From Cellvibrionales bacterium UBA1963 (GTDB lineage: Bacteria > Pseudomonadota > Gammaproteobacteria > Pseudomonadales > UBA7434), in assembly GCA_002336035.1 (NCBI GenBank), contig DDED01000160.1, positions 18,116-82,115 on the forward strand: a stretch of 64,000 bases of DNA, in the 5' to 3' direction. The notes beneath the pieces were generated by a model that was given only the letters and a program-made list of their open reading frames with translations, was not told the origin of the DNA and did no database searches. The position numbers and the translations under genes were made by a program. Positions 8,430 to 17,584 of the stretch are shown here, piece after piece; within the stretch, counting starts at the first letter, position 1, and every line of letters begins with the position of its first letter.

Positions 8430-9281
8430 ATGGTCGATTTGTTACTGCCTGAACATCTTCAGCTGAGCGATGCGAGCGCTGATGAGATTTTACGTCTGGT
8501 GCAAATCACCGATTGTCACTTAGGGCAGTACAGTGGTGAATGCTTGGTGGGTATGGACACTGACAGCAGCTTAGACCATGTTTTGACCCTCATAAAAAAA
8601 GAGCAGCCAATGGCTAATTTATTACTGGCCACTGGTGATTTAGCCAACCATGGATCAGCCGAGGCTTACCTCAGACTAAAAAATAAGTTAGCGCCATTAG
8701 GCATGGCTAATGCGTGGTTGGCGGGCAACCATGATGGGCGTGTCTTAATGGCTGATACGGTTGGTAATGAGTTACTGCCTCGAACAGTGCGTATTGGTCG
8801 CTGGTTAATAGTCATGATGGATTCTGCCGTTCCAGGCCAAGTCGGTGGTGAATTAGGCGAACAAGAGTTAGCGTATTTAGAGCAAGCTTTGTCGGCGCAT
8901 GCCGACGCAGAGTATGTCATTGGCTGTCTGCACCACCAGCCCATTCCTATTGGCTGTGATTGGCTCGATGAACAGCGGCTTGCCGATAGTGACCAATTGT
9001 TATCCATTCTTAGTCGAGAGCCTCGCTTGCGTGCGGTGTTATGGGGCCATGTCCACCAAGCATTTAGTGGCCAAGATGCGCGCTTGCCGGGAGTGCAATT
9101 ATTGTCCGCTCCATCGACTTGCGTCCAGTTTGCACCGAACAGTGAAGGGTTTAAGCTCGACCAAACAGCACCGGGTTATCGTTGGTTAAATTTACACCCA
9201 GATGGTCGCTTAGAGACGGCTGTATCTCGGCTGGATGGAATAGATTTAACCGTTGATTATGCTTCACAAGGGTATAAATGA
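8430..9281 (+). CDS. cpdA: 3',5'-cyclic-nucleotide phosphodiesterase CpdA (metallophosphoesterase)
   Basis: Metallophosphoesterase motifs are ITDCHLG, GDLANHG, GNHD and GHVH. The ORF is open from 8373. I prefer the ATG at 8430 (MVDLLLPEH...), which avoids a 44-nt overlap with the upstream gene. Confidence 0.82.
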   Translation: MVDLLLPEHLQLSDASADEILRLVQITDCHLGQYSGECLVGMDTDSSLDHVLTLIKKEQPMANLLLATGDLANHGSAEAYLRLKNKLAPLGMANAWLAGNHDGRVLMADTVGNELLPRTVRIGRWLIVMMDSAVPGQVGGELGEQELAYLEQALSAHADAEYVIGCLHHQPIPIGCDWLDEQRLADSDQLLSILSREPRLRAVLWGHVHQAFSGQDARLPGVQLLSAPSTCVQFAPNSEGFKLDQTAPGYRWLNLHPDGRLETAVSRLDGIDLTVDYASQGYK

Positions 9282-9303
9282 TGACTCGTCATAATGCTCT
9301 AAT

Positions 9304-9897
9304 GTGGATGACCGATACTTGAAGACGGTCTTTTATTTACACGGTTATAACAGCTCGCCGCAGTCACATAAGGCGCAACTTTGTGCCAAGTACTTTCAGC
9401 TTCATAGCCAGCAACATGGCCACTGGCTTGACTATCAGGTCCCTCAGCTCGTGTATTCGCCAGCAAGAGCTATGCAGCAATTAAAGGCATTGATCGCCGC
9501 CGCCGATCAACCACTATTGATTGGTAGTTCACTTGGTGGGTATTACGCGAATTATTTGTCTCAGGTGTTCGACTGCAAGGCGGTGCTGATTAATCCTGCG
9601 GTATGCCCAGAGCGTTTATTGGTTGATTATCTCGGTCCACAAACTAACGATTATACGGGTGAAACTTTTACGCTCACTCAGCAACATATGGTAGAGTTAC
9701 AACAGATTTACGTGGATTCAATCCGGCAGCCCGCATTGAGGTGGGTATTATTGCAAACCGAAGATGAAACGCTCGACTACCTTCAAGCCAGCAACTATTA
9801 CCGCGGCTGCAAAATGGCCATAGAGTATGGTGGCGATCATAGCTTTCAAGCGTTCGCTCGTTGGCTACCAGCGATCACGGAGTTTTTAACAACTTAA
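9304..9897 (+). CDS. yqiA: YqiA-family alpha/beta esterase
   Basis: 197 aa, with FYLHGYNSSPQSHKA and GSSLGGYYA (nucleophile elbow GxSxG). Its position between cpdA and parE is conserved. Confidence 0.75.
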   Translation: MDDRYLKTVFYLHGYNSSPQSHKAQLCAKYFQLHSQQHGHWLDYQVPQLVYSPARAMQQLKALIAAADQPLLIGSSLGGYYANYLSQVFDCKAVLINPAVCPERLLVDYLGPQTNDYTGETFTLTQQHMVELQQIYVDSIRQPALRWVLLQTEDETLDYLQASNYYRGCKMAIEYGGDHSFQAFARWLPAITEFLTT

Positions 9898-9939
9898 ACA
9901 CTAATTTTTTAATTAACTTTTTAGAGTAGCGCAAATATT

Positions 9940-11826
9940 ATGTCAGATTATAATGCCGATTCAATTGAGGTTCTAACCGGTTTAGAGCCGGTAAGAAAAC
10001 GGCCGGGCATGTATACCGATACTCAGCGGCCTAATCATTTGGCGCAAGAAATTATCGATAACTCGGTCGATGAGGCTTTGGCGGGTTTTGCTGACACTAT
10101 CCACGTTGTTGCACATCAGGACGGTTCTTTATCGGCGGTCGATAACGGCCGTGGTATGCCTGTTGACATTCATCCTGAGCATAAAATGTCGGGGGTCGAA
10201 TTGATCTTAACTAAACTCCATTCTGGGGGTAAGTTTTCGAATAAAAATTATCAGTTTTCTGGTGGCTTGCACGGTGTGGGTGTTTCGGTTGTGAATGCTT
10301 TATCGACTCGTCTAGAAGTTGATATTAAACGCGATGCGAAACAATTTAATATTGTTTTTGGTGACGGAAAATTAAAGAGTAAATTAAAACAAACCGGCAC
10401 AGTTGGCCAGCGTAATACCGGCACAGCAGTAAGATTTTGGCCAGACCAACATTATTTTGATTCAATTAAATTTTCTATTCGCCGTTTACATCACGTGTTG
10501 CGCGCAAAAGCGGTACTTTGTCCGGGCTTACGCATCACCTTTCTTGATGAGGTTAGCGGCGAAAAAGAAGAGTGGTTTTATGAGGATGGTTTAAGAGATT
10601 ATATCTTATCGGCCACTCACGGCTGGCCAGTATTGCCAGAACTCCCTTTTATGGGCAGCTTTAGCGGCGAGACAGAAGCGGTTGATTGGGCTGTGCAATG
10701 GTTGCCTGAAGGCGGCGAAGTCGTCACTGAAAGTTATGTCAATTTAATTCCTACCGCGCAAGGAGGAACGCATGTAAATGGCTTGCGAACAGGAATGCTT
10801 GAAGCCATCCGCGAATACTGCGAATTTAGAAATTTACTGCCCAAAGGGTTAAAGTTAACGGCCGATGATATCTGGGATCGTTGCAGCTATGTGTTATCAG
10901 CCAAGCTAGCAGACCCGCAGTTCTCCGGCCAAACAAAAGAGCGACTTTCTTCACGCGAGTGCGCGCCATTCATTTCTGGCGTTGCAAAAGACGCACTGGG
11001 TTTATGGTTAAATCAGCACACAGAAGACGCTGACTTAATCGCTGAGTTAGCCATTAATAGTGCACAAGCACGATCACGAAAAGCCAAAAAAGTGGCTCGC
11101 AAGCGAATTGTTCAAGGCCCAGCATTGCCGGGTAAATTAGCTGACTGTTCCAGCGATGACCCAGCGTTAGGCGAATTATTTTTAGTTGAAGGTGACTCAG
11201 CTGGAGGTTCAGCTAAGCAAGCTCGAGACAGAACTTTTCAGGCTATTTTACCGCTGAGAGGAAAAATATTAAATTCTTGGGAAGTGGATTCACAAGAAAT
11301 ACTGGCCTCGGATGAAATTCACAATATTGCCGTTGCGATGGGCATCGATCCAGCGTCTAATGATTTATCGGGGTTGCGCTACCATAAAGTGTGCATTCTC
11401 GCTGATGCTGATTCTGATGGACTTCATATCGCCACGTTAATTTGCGCGTTATTTGTCCGTCACTTTCGGCCCTTGGTTGCGGCGGGCCATATTTATGTCG
11501 CTATGCCGCCACTGTACCGTATCGATATTGGCGACAACGTTTACTATGCGCTCGATGATGCCGAAAAAACAGGTATTCTTGATCGTATTAAAGCGGAGAA
11601 AAAGCGAGGGAAAGTCAATGTCCAACGCTTCAAAGGCTTGGGTGAAATGAATCCTTTGCAGCTGCGTGAGACAACCATGGACCAAGACACTCGTCGGCTG
11701 GTTCAGTTAACTGCTGGTGCTGGCGACGGCACAGAGTCGCTACTTGATATGCTGCTTGCCAAAAAGCGCGCCCCAGACAGAAAAAAATGGCTTGAGTCAA
11801 AAGGCGATCTTGCTGAAGTCGGCTAG
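9940..11826 (+). CDS. parE: DNA topoisomerase IV subunit B
   Basis: 628 aa, with GLEPVRKRPGMYTDT, the GHKL ATPase region and Toprim LVEGDSAGGSAKQARDR. The length and the cpdA/yqiA neighbourhood indicate ParE rather than GyrB. Confidence 0.95.
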   Translation: MSDYNADSIEVLTGLEPVRKRPGMYTDTQRPNHLAQEIIDNSVDEALAGFADTIHVVAHQDGSLSAVDNGRGMPVDIHPEHKMSGVELILTKLHSGGKFSNKNYQFSGGLHGVGVSVVNALSTRLEVDIKRDAKQFNIVFGDGKLKSKLKQTGTVGQRNTGTAVRFWPDQHYFDSIKFSIRRLHHVLRAKAVLCPGLRITFLDEVSGEKEEWFYEDGLRDYILSATHGWPVLPELPFMGSFSGETEAVDWAVQWLPEGGEVVTESYVNLIPTAQGGTHVNGLRTGMLEAIREYCEFRNLLPKGLKLTADDIWDRCSYVLSAKLADPQFSGQTKERLSSRECAPFISGVAKDALGLWLNQHTEDADLIAELAINSAQARSRKAKKVARKRIVQGPALPGKLADCSSDDPALGELFLVEGDSAGGSAKQARDRTFQAILPLRGKILNSWEVDSQEILASDEIHNIAVAMGIDPASNDLSGLRYHKVCILADADSDGLHIATLICALFVRHFRPLVAAGHIYVAMPPLYRIDIGDNVYYALDDAEKTGILDRIKAEKKRGKVNVQRFKGLGEMNPLQLRETTMDQDTRRLVQLTAGAGDGTESLLDMLLAKKRAPDRKKWLESKGDLAEVG

Positions 11827-11920
11827 TACCGGCGTCATTGTCTAATGGCCTAAACACTTATTAAGTATGGCTAAGTTTATTTTCGGTTAGAGTAAGCTGT
11901 GATTACTCTTATAGGCAATA

Positions 11921-13057
11921 ATGACCGTGACTATCCAGCAATCTAATCAAGTATTAACGGCTCTAGTTATTGGCGGTACCGGCCCTACCGGTCACTTTAT
12001 AGTAAACGGCTTACTGACTCGTGGTTATCGGGTTGCTATTTTGCACACCGGCAATCACGAAGTGATTGAAATTCCCGCTGAAGTTGAACACATCCATACC
12101 GACCCCTATGATCAAGCTTGCTTAACCGAGGCATTGGCGGATCGAAAATTCACATTGTGCATTGCAGCTTATGGCCGCTTACGTGTCATTGCTGATCTCA
12201 TGCGTGAACGCTGTAAAGAATTTATATCGATCGGCGGGCAGCCATGCTACTTAGGCTACATGCACCCTCGAGTGCATCAACCGGAGGGCCTAGTAGTACC
12301 AACGGACGAGCATGCAGAGTTAGTGTCAGCGCCTGAACAAGATGAAAAAGGTTATCGGATTGTTAAAACAGAGCGCGCTGTGTTTCAACTACAACCGCAT
12401 GCTACTCATTTTCGTTATCCTATCGTTTATGGCCCCTACCAAGCATTACCAAGAGAGTGGAGTATTGTTAAACGTATTATCGATGGTCGACCGCACATTA
12501 TTTTACCTGACGACGGCTTGTCATTGTTGACGATGGGTTACGCTGAAAACCTAGCTCATGCGGTCTTATTGGCCGTCGACCAACCAGCCGCCGCGCGCGG
12601 TGAAATATTTAATTGCGGGGATTCGCACACGCTAACACTGCGTCAAATGGTGGAAGTAATTGCTGCTGGTCTCGAGCATCAATGGCGTATCGTATCGATG
12701 CCCTATGAGTTTGCTCGGCCAGCAAAACCTTTATTGATGCAGCCAACCACCACGCATCGATTAATGGATATCAGTAAATTACAACAACGCCTTGCCTATC
12801 GCGATATTTTAACCCCGCAAGCAGGGCTTATTAAAACAGCAAATTGGCTATTAAAAAATCCCTTAGCGGCTGATGATTGGCAAGTAAAAGCGTTGCAAGA
12901 CCCTTTTGATTATCTTTCTGAAGATCGATTGATCAGCGCATGGGACAAGGCGATAGCATCGATTCCATCGATTGAGTTTGATCCGCAGCCAGGCTACACA
13001 ATGGGTTATAGCGGCCCAGGCGGTCGGCCTAGATCTAATAAAGAATTTATTGAATAA
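11921..13057 (+). CDS. NAD(P)-dependent epimerase/dehydratase-family (extended SDR) protein
   Basis: 378 aa, with the N-terminal Rossmann motif ALVIGGTGPTGHFIVNGLLTRGYRV. Confidence 0.65.
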   Translation: MTVTIQQSNQVLTALVIGGTGPTGHFIVNGLLTRGYRVAILHTGNHEVIEIPAEVEHIHTDPYDQACLTEALADRKFTLCIAAYGRLRVIADLMRERCKEFISIGGQPCYLGYMHPRVHQPEGLVVPTDEHAELVSAPEQDEKGYRIVKTERAVFQLQPHATHFRYPIVYGPYQALPREWSIVKRIIDGRPHIILPDDGLSLLTMGYAENLAHAVLLAVDQPAAARGEIFNCGDSHTLTLRQMVEVIAAGLEHQWRIVSMPYEFARPAKPLLMQPTTTHRLMDISKLQQRLAYRDILTPQAGLIKTANWLLKNPLAADDWQVKALQDPFDYLSEDRLISAWDKAIASIPSIEFDPQPGYTMGYSGPGGRPRSNKEFIE

Positions 13058-13076
13058 TATGACTGAGGAAATAAAC

Positions 13077-14273
13077 ATGGATACTAGTCAAGGGCCACTT
13101 CAGGGCGTGAAAGTACTCGACCTATCCACGGCAATAGCAGCGCCGTTCGGCAGCGGGATGATGGCGGATCAAGGCGCTGAAGTTATCAAAATAGAAGCGC
13201 CGGGTATTGGTGACGTAATGCGCTATATCGGCTCCAGTTGTCACGGTGTAACTGCTATGTTTCATATGGCGAATCGCGGTAAGCGTGGTTTGGCCATTGA
13301 TTTAAAAAAGCAAAAAGGACTGGCGGTATTTTTAAAGCTAGTTGCGGATGCCGATGTCGTTATTCATAACTTTCGTGTTGGCGTGGTTGAGCGCTTAGGC
13401 ATTAGTTATGACGACTTAGTCGCAGTCAATCCGGAATTAATTTATATCTCAGTCTATGGATTTGGCCATCAAGGCCCTGATGCTCATCGACGTGCTTATG
13501 ATAATGTTATTCAGGCTTTCTCGGGCGTGACTTATAACCAAGCAAATGCTGAGACAGGTGAGCCGATGCAATGCTATCAAGCGATTGCTGATAAAATGAC
13601 AGGCATGAATGTGTCGATGGCTGCTAGTTCAGCATTGTTTGCCAGGGCTATGGGCAGAGGTGGCCAGCATATTCGATTGAATATGGTCGATAGCATGGTG
13701 CATTTTTTGTGGATGGATGCTTCTGAAAAAGCCACCTTTCTAGAACCTGAAGCGGTCTTAGGCCAGCAAGTTGCGAAGGGGGTTAAGTTGATGAAGTTTG
13801 CCAATGGTTACGGTCAGTCGGCACCAGTATCGGATGCTGAATTTCATGGATTATGTGACGCATTTAATGTCGATTCGCATGCTGAGCCTCGAGTTGAAAC
13901 GATAATGGATCGCGCGGCTAATAAAGAAGTAGTAACAGAGGTCATTCAACGCGTGTATGCCAATGCAGCTAGCATCGATGTTGATGAGGCCATTGCCGCT
14001 ATGGTTGCTAATGATGTGCCTTGCGCTAAAGCGATGGACATAAAAGATTTACCCGACCATCCGCAGATGATCGCTAATGGTACTTTTGTAAGCAGTGAGC
14101 ATCCGATAGCGGGCAAGATTCGTGAACCACGCATGGCGCCTCAATTTGAAGGCACGCCAGCAGGCGTGGGTTTTTCTAGCCCATCAGTCGGCCAACACAA
14201 TGATGAAATCATGCACGAGCTGGGTTTAGCGGACGAGATTGAAGACCTGCGTGCGGCAGGTGTATTAAGCTAA
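13077..14273 (+). CDS. Family III CoA-transferase (CaiB/BaiF type)
   Basis: GPLQGVKVLDLSTAIAAPFGSGMMADQGAEVIKIE is the typical family III N-terminus. The ORF opens at 12972, but GAGGAA at 13064-13069 precedes the ATG at 13077, and the extension overlaps the upstream gene. Confidence 0.8.
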   Translation: MDTSQGPLQGVKVLDLSTAIAAPFGSGMMADQGAEVIKIEAPGIGDVMRYIGSSCHGVTAMFHMANRGKRGLAIDLKKQKGLAVFLKLVADADVVIHNFRVGVVERLGISYDDLVAVNPELIYISVYGFGHQGPDAHRRAYDNVIQAFSGVTYNQANAETGEPMQCYQAIADKMTGMNVSMAASSALFARAMGRGGQHIRLNMVDSMVHFLWMDASEKATFLEPEAVLGQQVAKGVKLMKFANGYGQSAPVSDAEFHGLCDAFNVDSHAEPRVETIMDRAANKEVVTEVIQRVYANAASIDVDEAIAAMVANDVPCAKAMDIKDLPDHPQMIANGTFVSSEHPIAGKIREPRMAPQFEGTPAGVGFSSPSVGQHNDEIMHELGLADEIEDLRAAGVLS

Positions 14274-14311
14274 TTGTTAATCGTTGAGTACAATAAAAAG
14301 GACAAAATTTT

Positions 14312-15196
14312 ATGAAACATATTCCAATGCTGTTAATACTGGGCTGTTTATTTGCCTGTGGTGATTCCAGCGAACAGGCCGACCAGCGTGTGATGCCCAT
14401 CGATATTGCTAGCGATCAACGAGAACCTTACCGCAAGCTTGCAATGGACGGTGCAGAGAACTTTCGCGATCTTGGCGGTTATCAAACGCGTGACGGGAAA
14501 ACGGTCAAGTGGGGGGTATTATACCGTTCAGACAGTTTGGCCGATCTAAGTGAGCGAGATTTAGCGTTTCTTCAGCGTTTGAAGGTTAAGCAAATCGTCG
14601 ATTTTCGCACTCCGTTTGAAAAAGCGGAAGACCCGGATCGCATACCCGCAGGCATTCAATACGTGGAACGTGAAATCGATGTGGAAGGCACGGCAGTCAA
14701 AGAGTTGTTTGAAAAAATTTCTTCAGGTGATATTGATGATTTAAACGCAGTAGAATTAATGGAAAATGCCAATCGCGCGTTTGTCTCCTCGCAGCAGCAT
14801 GTTTATGGCCCACATCTAAAAAGTTTACTTGATGATGATAATATCCCTAGCGTGGCGCATTGCACTGGCGGCAAAGACCGTGCAGGATTTGGTGCTGCCA
14901 TTACGTTGCTGGCATTGGGTGTGCCAGAAGAAGCAGTGATTAATGACTTTATGCTCACCAATGTTTATACCAAAGAAAAGATTAATAAATACATTTGGAT
15001 GATTCGATTAGGGTCTTTTTTTAGAACCGATCCTGAAAAGATAAGACCCTTATTAGGCGTTGAGCGGAGTTTTATCGTGGCGGCGCTCGACCAAATGAAG
15101 ACAGAATACGGTTCAATTGATAATTATTTTCGTCAAGGCTTGGGATTAACAGATGACGAACTGGTTCGTTTACGGTCGAGATTTTTAGAAGGCTAG
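14312..15196 (+). CDS. Lipoprotein protein-tyrosine/dual-specificity phosphatase (Y_phosphatase3-like)
   Basis: 294 aa. Lipobox LILGCLFACGD, CX5R active site HCTGGKDRAG, and an N-terminal NFRDLGG motif. Confidence 0.75.
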   Translation: MKHIPMLLILGCLFACGDSSEQADQRVMPIDIASDQREPYRKLAMDGAENFRDLGGYQTRDGKTVKWGVLYRSDSLADLSERDLAFLQRLKVKQIVDFRTPFEKAEDPDRIPAGIQYVEREIDVEGTAVKELFEKISSGDIDDLNAVELMENANRAFVSSQQHVYGPHLKSLLDDDNIPSVAHCTGGKDRAGFGAAITLLALGVPEEAVINDFMLTNVYTKEKINKYIWMIRLGSFFRTDPEKIRPLLGVERSFIVAALDQMKTEYGSIDNYFRQGLGLTDDELVRLRSRFLEG

Positions 15197-15307
15197 CGTC
15201 TAAGTCATACTTCCACCGTCACAAAACTGTGTGCGAGATGGGCAGAGGGTCCATAAAATAGGTATACTTGTTAAAGGTTACGCTATTTCACTCACATCGG
15301 ACACTTA

Positions 15308-15769
15308 TTGAGTATGGTTCAATCCACGATAAATAAGACATTGCAAAACGCTGAGGCAATGTGTCTTGATGCGGGTGTTAGGTTAACCGTAAAACGCAAA
15401 AGAACGTTAGCTTTATTATTAGAGGCGCAATCCCCCATTTCGGCTTATGAGTTAATCGATCAGTACAACGTTTGTTACAGCGGGTCGCTTACTGCGATGT
15501 CGGCTTATCGTATGTTGAACTTTCTAGTCGAAGCAACGCTCGCACATCGATTAAATTCGGTTAATAAATATACGGCGTGTGAGCATATTAATTGCGACCA
15601 CGCGCACCACCTGCCTCAATTTCTCATCTGTGGTAATTGTCAGTCAGTCTCCGAGGCAAGTATTCGACCAGAAACGTTAAATAAATTAAAAACCGATGTC
15701 CTCGACTCAGGCTTTACTCTTAATAATCAACAGCTTGAGCTTCATGGTTTGTGCAGTGACTGCCGCTAA
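15308..15769 (+). CDS. zur: Fur-family zinc uptake regulator (Zur-like)
   Basis: 153 aa. AEAMCLDAGVRLTVKRKRTLALLLEAQSPISAYELID aligns by eye with E. coli Zur (AEKICAQRNVRLTPQRLEVLRLM...ISAYDLLD). Cys pairs CGNC and CSDC are present. TTG start, with an alternative ATG at 15314. Confidence 0.8.
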   Translation: MSMVQSTINKTLQNAEAMCLDAGVRLTVKRKRTLALLLEAQSPISAYELIDQYNVCYSGSLTAMSAYRMLNFLVEATLAHRLNSVNKYTACEHINCDHAHHLPQFLICGNCQSVSEASIRPETLNKLKTDVLDSGFTLNNQQLELHGLCSDCR

Positions 15770-15891
15770 AAAAGTTCTTATAATGATCATTTAACAGCTT
15801 TTACCTCCCCCTATATTATGTTGTCAAAACGTAGCCTCTCCGTTACGCCCACGTTAATTGTGAAACAGTTTAATTATTACCCAGTCTGGTC

Positions 15892-15921
15892 TTGTAATGC
15901 ACAAATGATATGTTGTATCAT
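15892..15921 (+). promoter_or_regulatory. Sigma70-like promoter overlapped by a Fur/Zur-type palindrome
   Basis: TTGTAA (15892-15897), an 18-nt spacer, then TATCAT (15916-15921). The 17-bp inverted repeat ATGATATGTTGTATCAT (15905-15921) overlaps the -10 element. It is AT-rich with TGATA/TATCA arms, like Zur/Fur boxes. It lies 70 nt upstream of the ATG at 15991. Confidence 0.45.
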
Positions 15922-15990
15922 ATTGGACATCAGAACAACTGGTCTGAATAAATATTGGAACTTATAGAAATAATTAAACTGGACAGAACA

Positions 15991-16680
15991 ATGAAGGACT
16001 TAATTTTAGCGGGACTTTTTTCTGTGTTTGCTGCATCTGCATTTGCAAATGAACATGATCATGGGCATGGCGATCACGGCGATATCGTTGGTGAGGCAGA
16101 GGGCGGCGCAATAGAAGTAGAAACCGGCATGCCATTAGCAGGTGGCGGTCGATTATTTGAGGCTGATTTTGGTGATTTTGCACTCGGTACTTACGCAACG
16201 AATGCGCCAGGCTTTGAAGTGGAAGACGGCCCATTTGGCGCTTTGAATTACCTTGCCTACAACATGCAAAGCGATCTAAAAAGTTGGGATGGAATAAGTT
16301 GGGTTACTTCTTCTAACAGCCTATTCAGCATAGAAAACGACTATGAATCACCTACCCTTCAACCTTTTGCTAAAGGCATGATTGGTCAAGCAGATGATGA
16401 CGGCGGTGTACATACCCATATTGATTTCTTCATTGACCCTAATGCAGCAGTTGGTGCTTACCTGATTGAATTTATATTAGAGGGTTATACAGATAATGCC
16501 TTACAGTCTAGCAATGGCTATTCATCAGACTCCGTCTTTATTGCTTTCAATAATGGTTTAAGCTCAGAAGATTATGAGTTTGGTATAGACGCAATGTCAC
16601 CCGTACCCGTACCTGCTGCGGCCTGGTTATTTGTGTCAGGTTTAGCTGGCTTGGCTGGACTTCGCAAAGCGAGAAAATAA
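15991..16680 (+). CDS. Secreted protein, paralog A of an unnamed family (His-rich N-terminus, PEP-CTERM-like tail)
   Basis: Signal peptide MKDLILAGLFSVFAASAFA. Mature N-terminus NEHDHGHGDHGD. Conserved blocks ADFGDFALG, VHTHIDFF and VGAYLIEFIL. C-terminal tail PVPVPAAAWLFVSGLAGLAGLRKARK. The ORF opens at 15955 (TTG), but I prefer the ATG at 15991. Confidence 0.7.
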   Translation: MKDLILAGLFSVFAASAFANEHDHGHGDHGDIVGEAEGGAIEVETGMPLAGGGRLFEADFGDFALGTYATNAPGFEVEDGPFGALNYLAYNMQSDLKSWDGISWVTSSNSLFSIENDYESPTLQPFAKGMIGQADDDGGVHTHIDFFIDPNAAVGAYLIEFILEGYTDNALQSSNGYSSDSVFIAFNNGLSSEDYEFGIDAMSPVPVPAAAWLFVSGLAGLAGLRKARK

Positions 16681-16705
16681 AACTCAATATTTGAGTTACC
16701 CTAAT

Positions 16706-16740
16706 AAACCCAGAGGATTCTACTCTGGGTTTATTGTTTA
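16706..16740 (+). terminator. Rho-independent terminator after paralog A
   Basis: AAACCCAGAG-GATTCTA-CTCTGGGTTT forms a 10-bp perfect stem and is followed by the T-rich run ATTGTTTATTGTTTATT. Confidence 0.65.
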
Positions 16741-16764
16741 TTGTTTATTACGTTATAAAGGTAG

Positions 16765-17565
16765 GTGAAGATAGTGAAAAAGGGTGGATTCACGTTGATT
16801 AAAATTTTGAGTTTTGCAATAGCATTCTTGATAGGTCCTGTGTCTATTTCATATGCCCAACACAGTGATATATGGTTAACACTCACTGACAATCAAGTAA
16901 CGCCGACCGAAATTAACTCTGAAACCAACAGTCCTACCCTTGTTGATCTGACGACCGGAAAATTTTTATATCCCACTACCTTCGGCACTCCTAGTAATCC
17001 AGAAATACCAACAACAGGTGACCCTGGCTTCCAATCATCAGCGAATACGTTTGACCCAGGTTATATGTATTACCGTGCGGTAGGCTCTTTATGGTTCTGG
17101 AATGGCCAAGCATGGGTGAATAATGTCGTTGATCAAGAAAGAGTTAAACTCCGAGATGTTCAGTATGCTTACTCATTTGTTACACCAGATGGAGTTAGTA
17201 GCCCAGTAGGCGCAATTGACCAAATCGGTGGGGGTGGCTCTGTACATCAGCACATAAACTTTTATATTGAGAATTTAGGGTCAGCTAATCCAGCAACTGG
17301 CGCCTACATGATCGACATTGAGCTTTTCGTCACAAATACGATAGGCGGCAGTTTAGAAACGCACCTAAGCTCTGATCCCGTCAGAATCGCATTTAACTAT
17401 CAAATGAGTGAAACCGAATTTAGCGTTGCTATTAATGCACTCACATCGCCAACAGAGCCAGAACCTGTTTCGGTCCCCATGCCGAATGGCGCTCTGTTCT
17501 TGTTAGCTGCTTTGCTGTTAATATTTGGCTCTTTTAAGAACCGACGCAAAACTATAGTAAGATAA
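16765..17565 (+). CDS. Secreted protein, paralog B of the same family (PEP-CTERM-like tail)
   Basis: Signal peptide ending SISYAQ. Blocks GDPGF, AVGSLWFWNGQAWVNN, VHQHINFYI, TGAYMIDIELF and PVRIAFN. Tail VSVPMPNGALFLLAALLLIFGSFKNRRK. The start is ambiguous (GTG 16765, GTG 16774 or TTG 16795). Confidence 0.7.
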   Translation: MKIVKKGGFTLIKILSFAIAFLIGPVSISYAQHSDIWLTLTDNQVTPTEINSETNSPTLVDLTTGKFLYPTTFGTPSNPEIPTTGDPGFQSSANTFDPGYMYYRAVGSLWFWNGQAWVNNVVDQERVKLRDVQYAYSFVTPDGVSSPVGAIDQIGGGGSVHQHINFYIENLGSANPATGAYMIDIELFVTNTIGGSLETHLSSDPVRIAFNYQMSETEFSVAINALTSPTEPEPVSVPMPNGALFLLAALLLIFGSFKNRRKTIVR

Positions 17566-17584
17566 TTTTTTAATTTTCAGCCTT

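Noticed and set aside
12972-13076. Upstream extension of the CoA-transferase ORF that overlaps the epimerase gene by 86 nt
   Set aside because: The extension has no family-typical sequence. A GAGGAA RBS precedes the ATG at 13077, where the conserved family III N-terminus begins.
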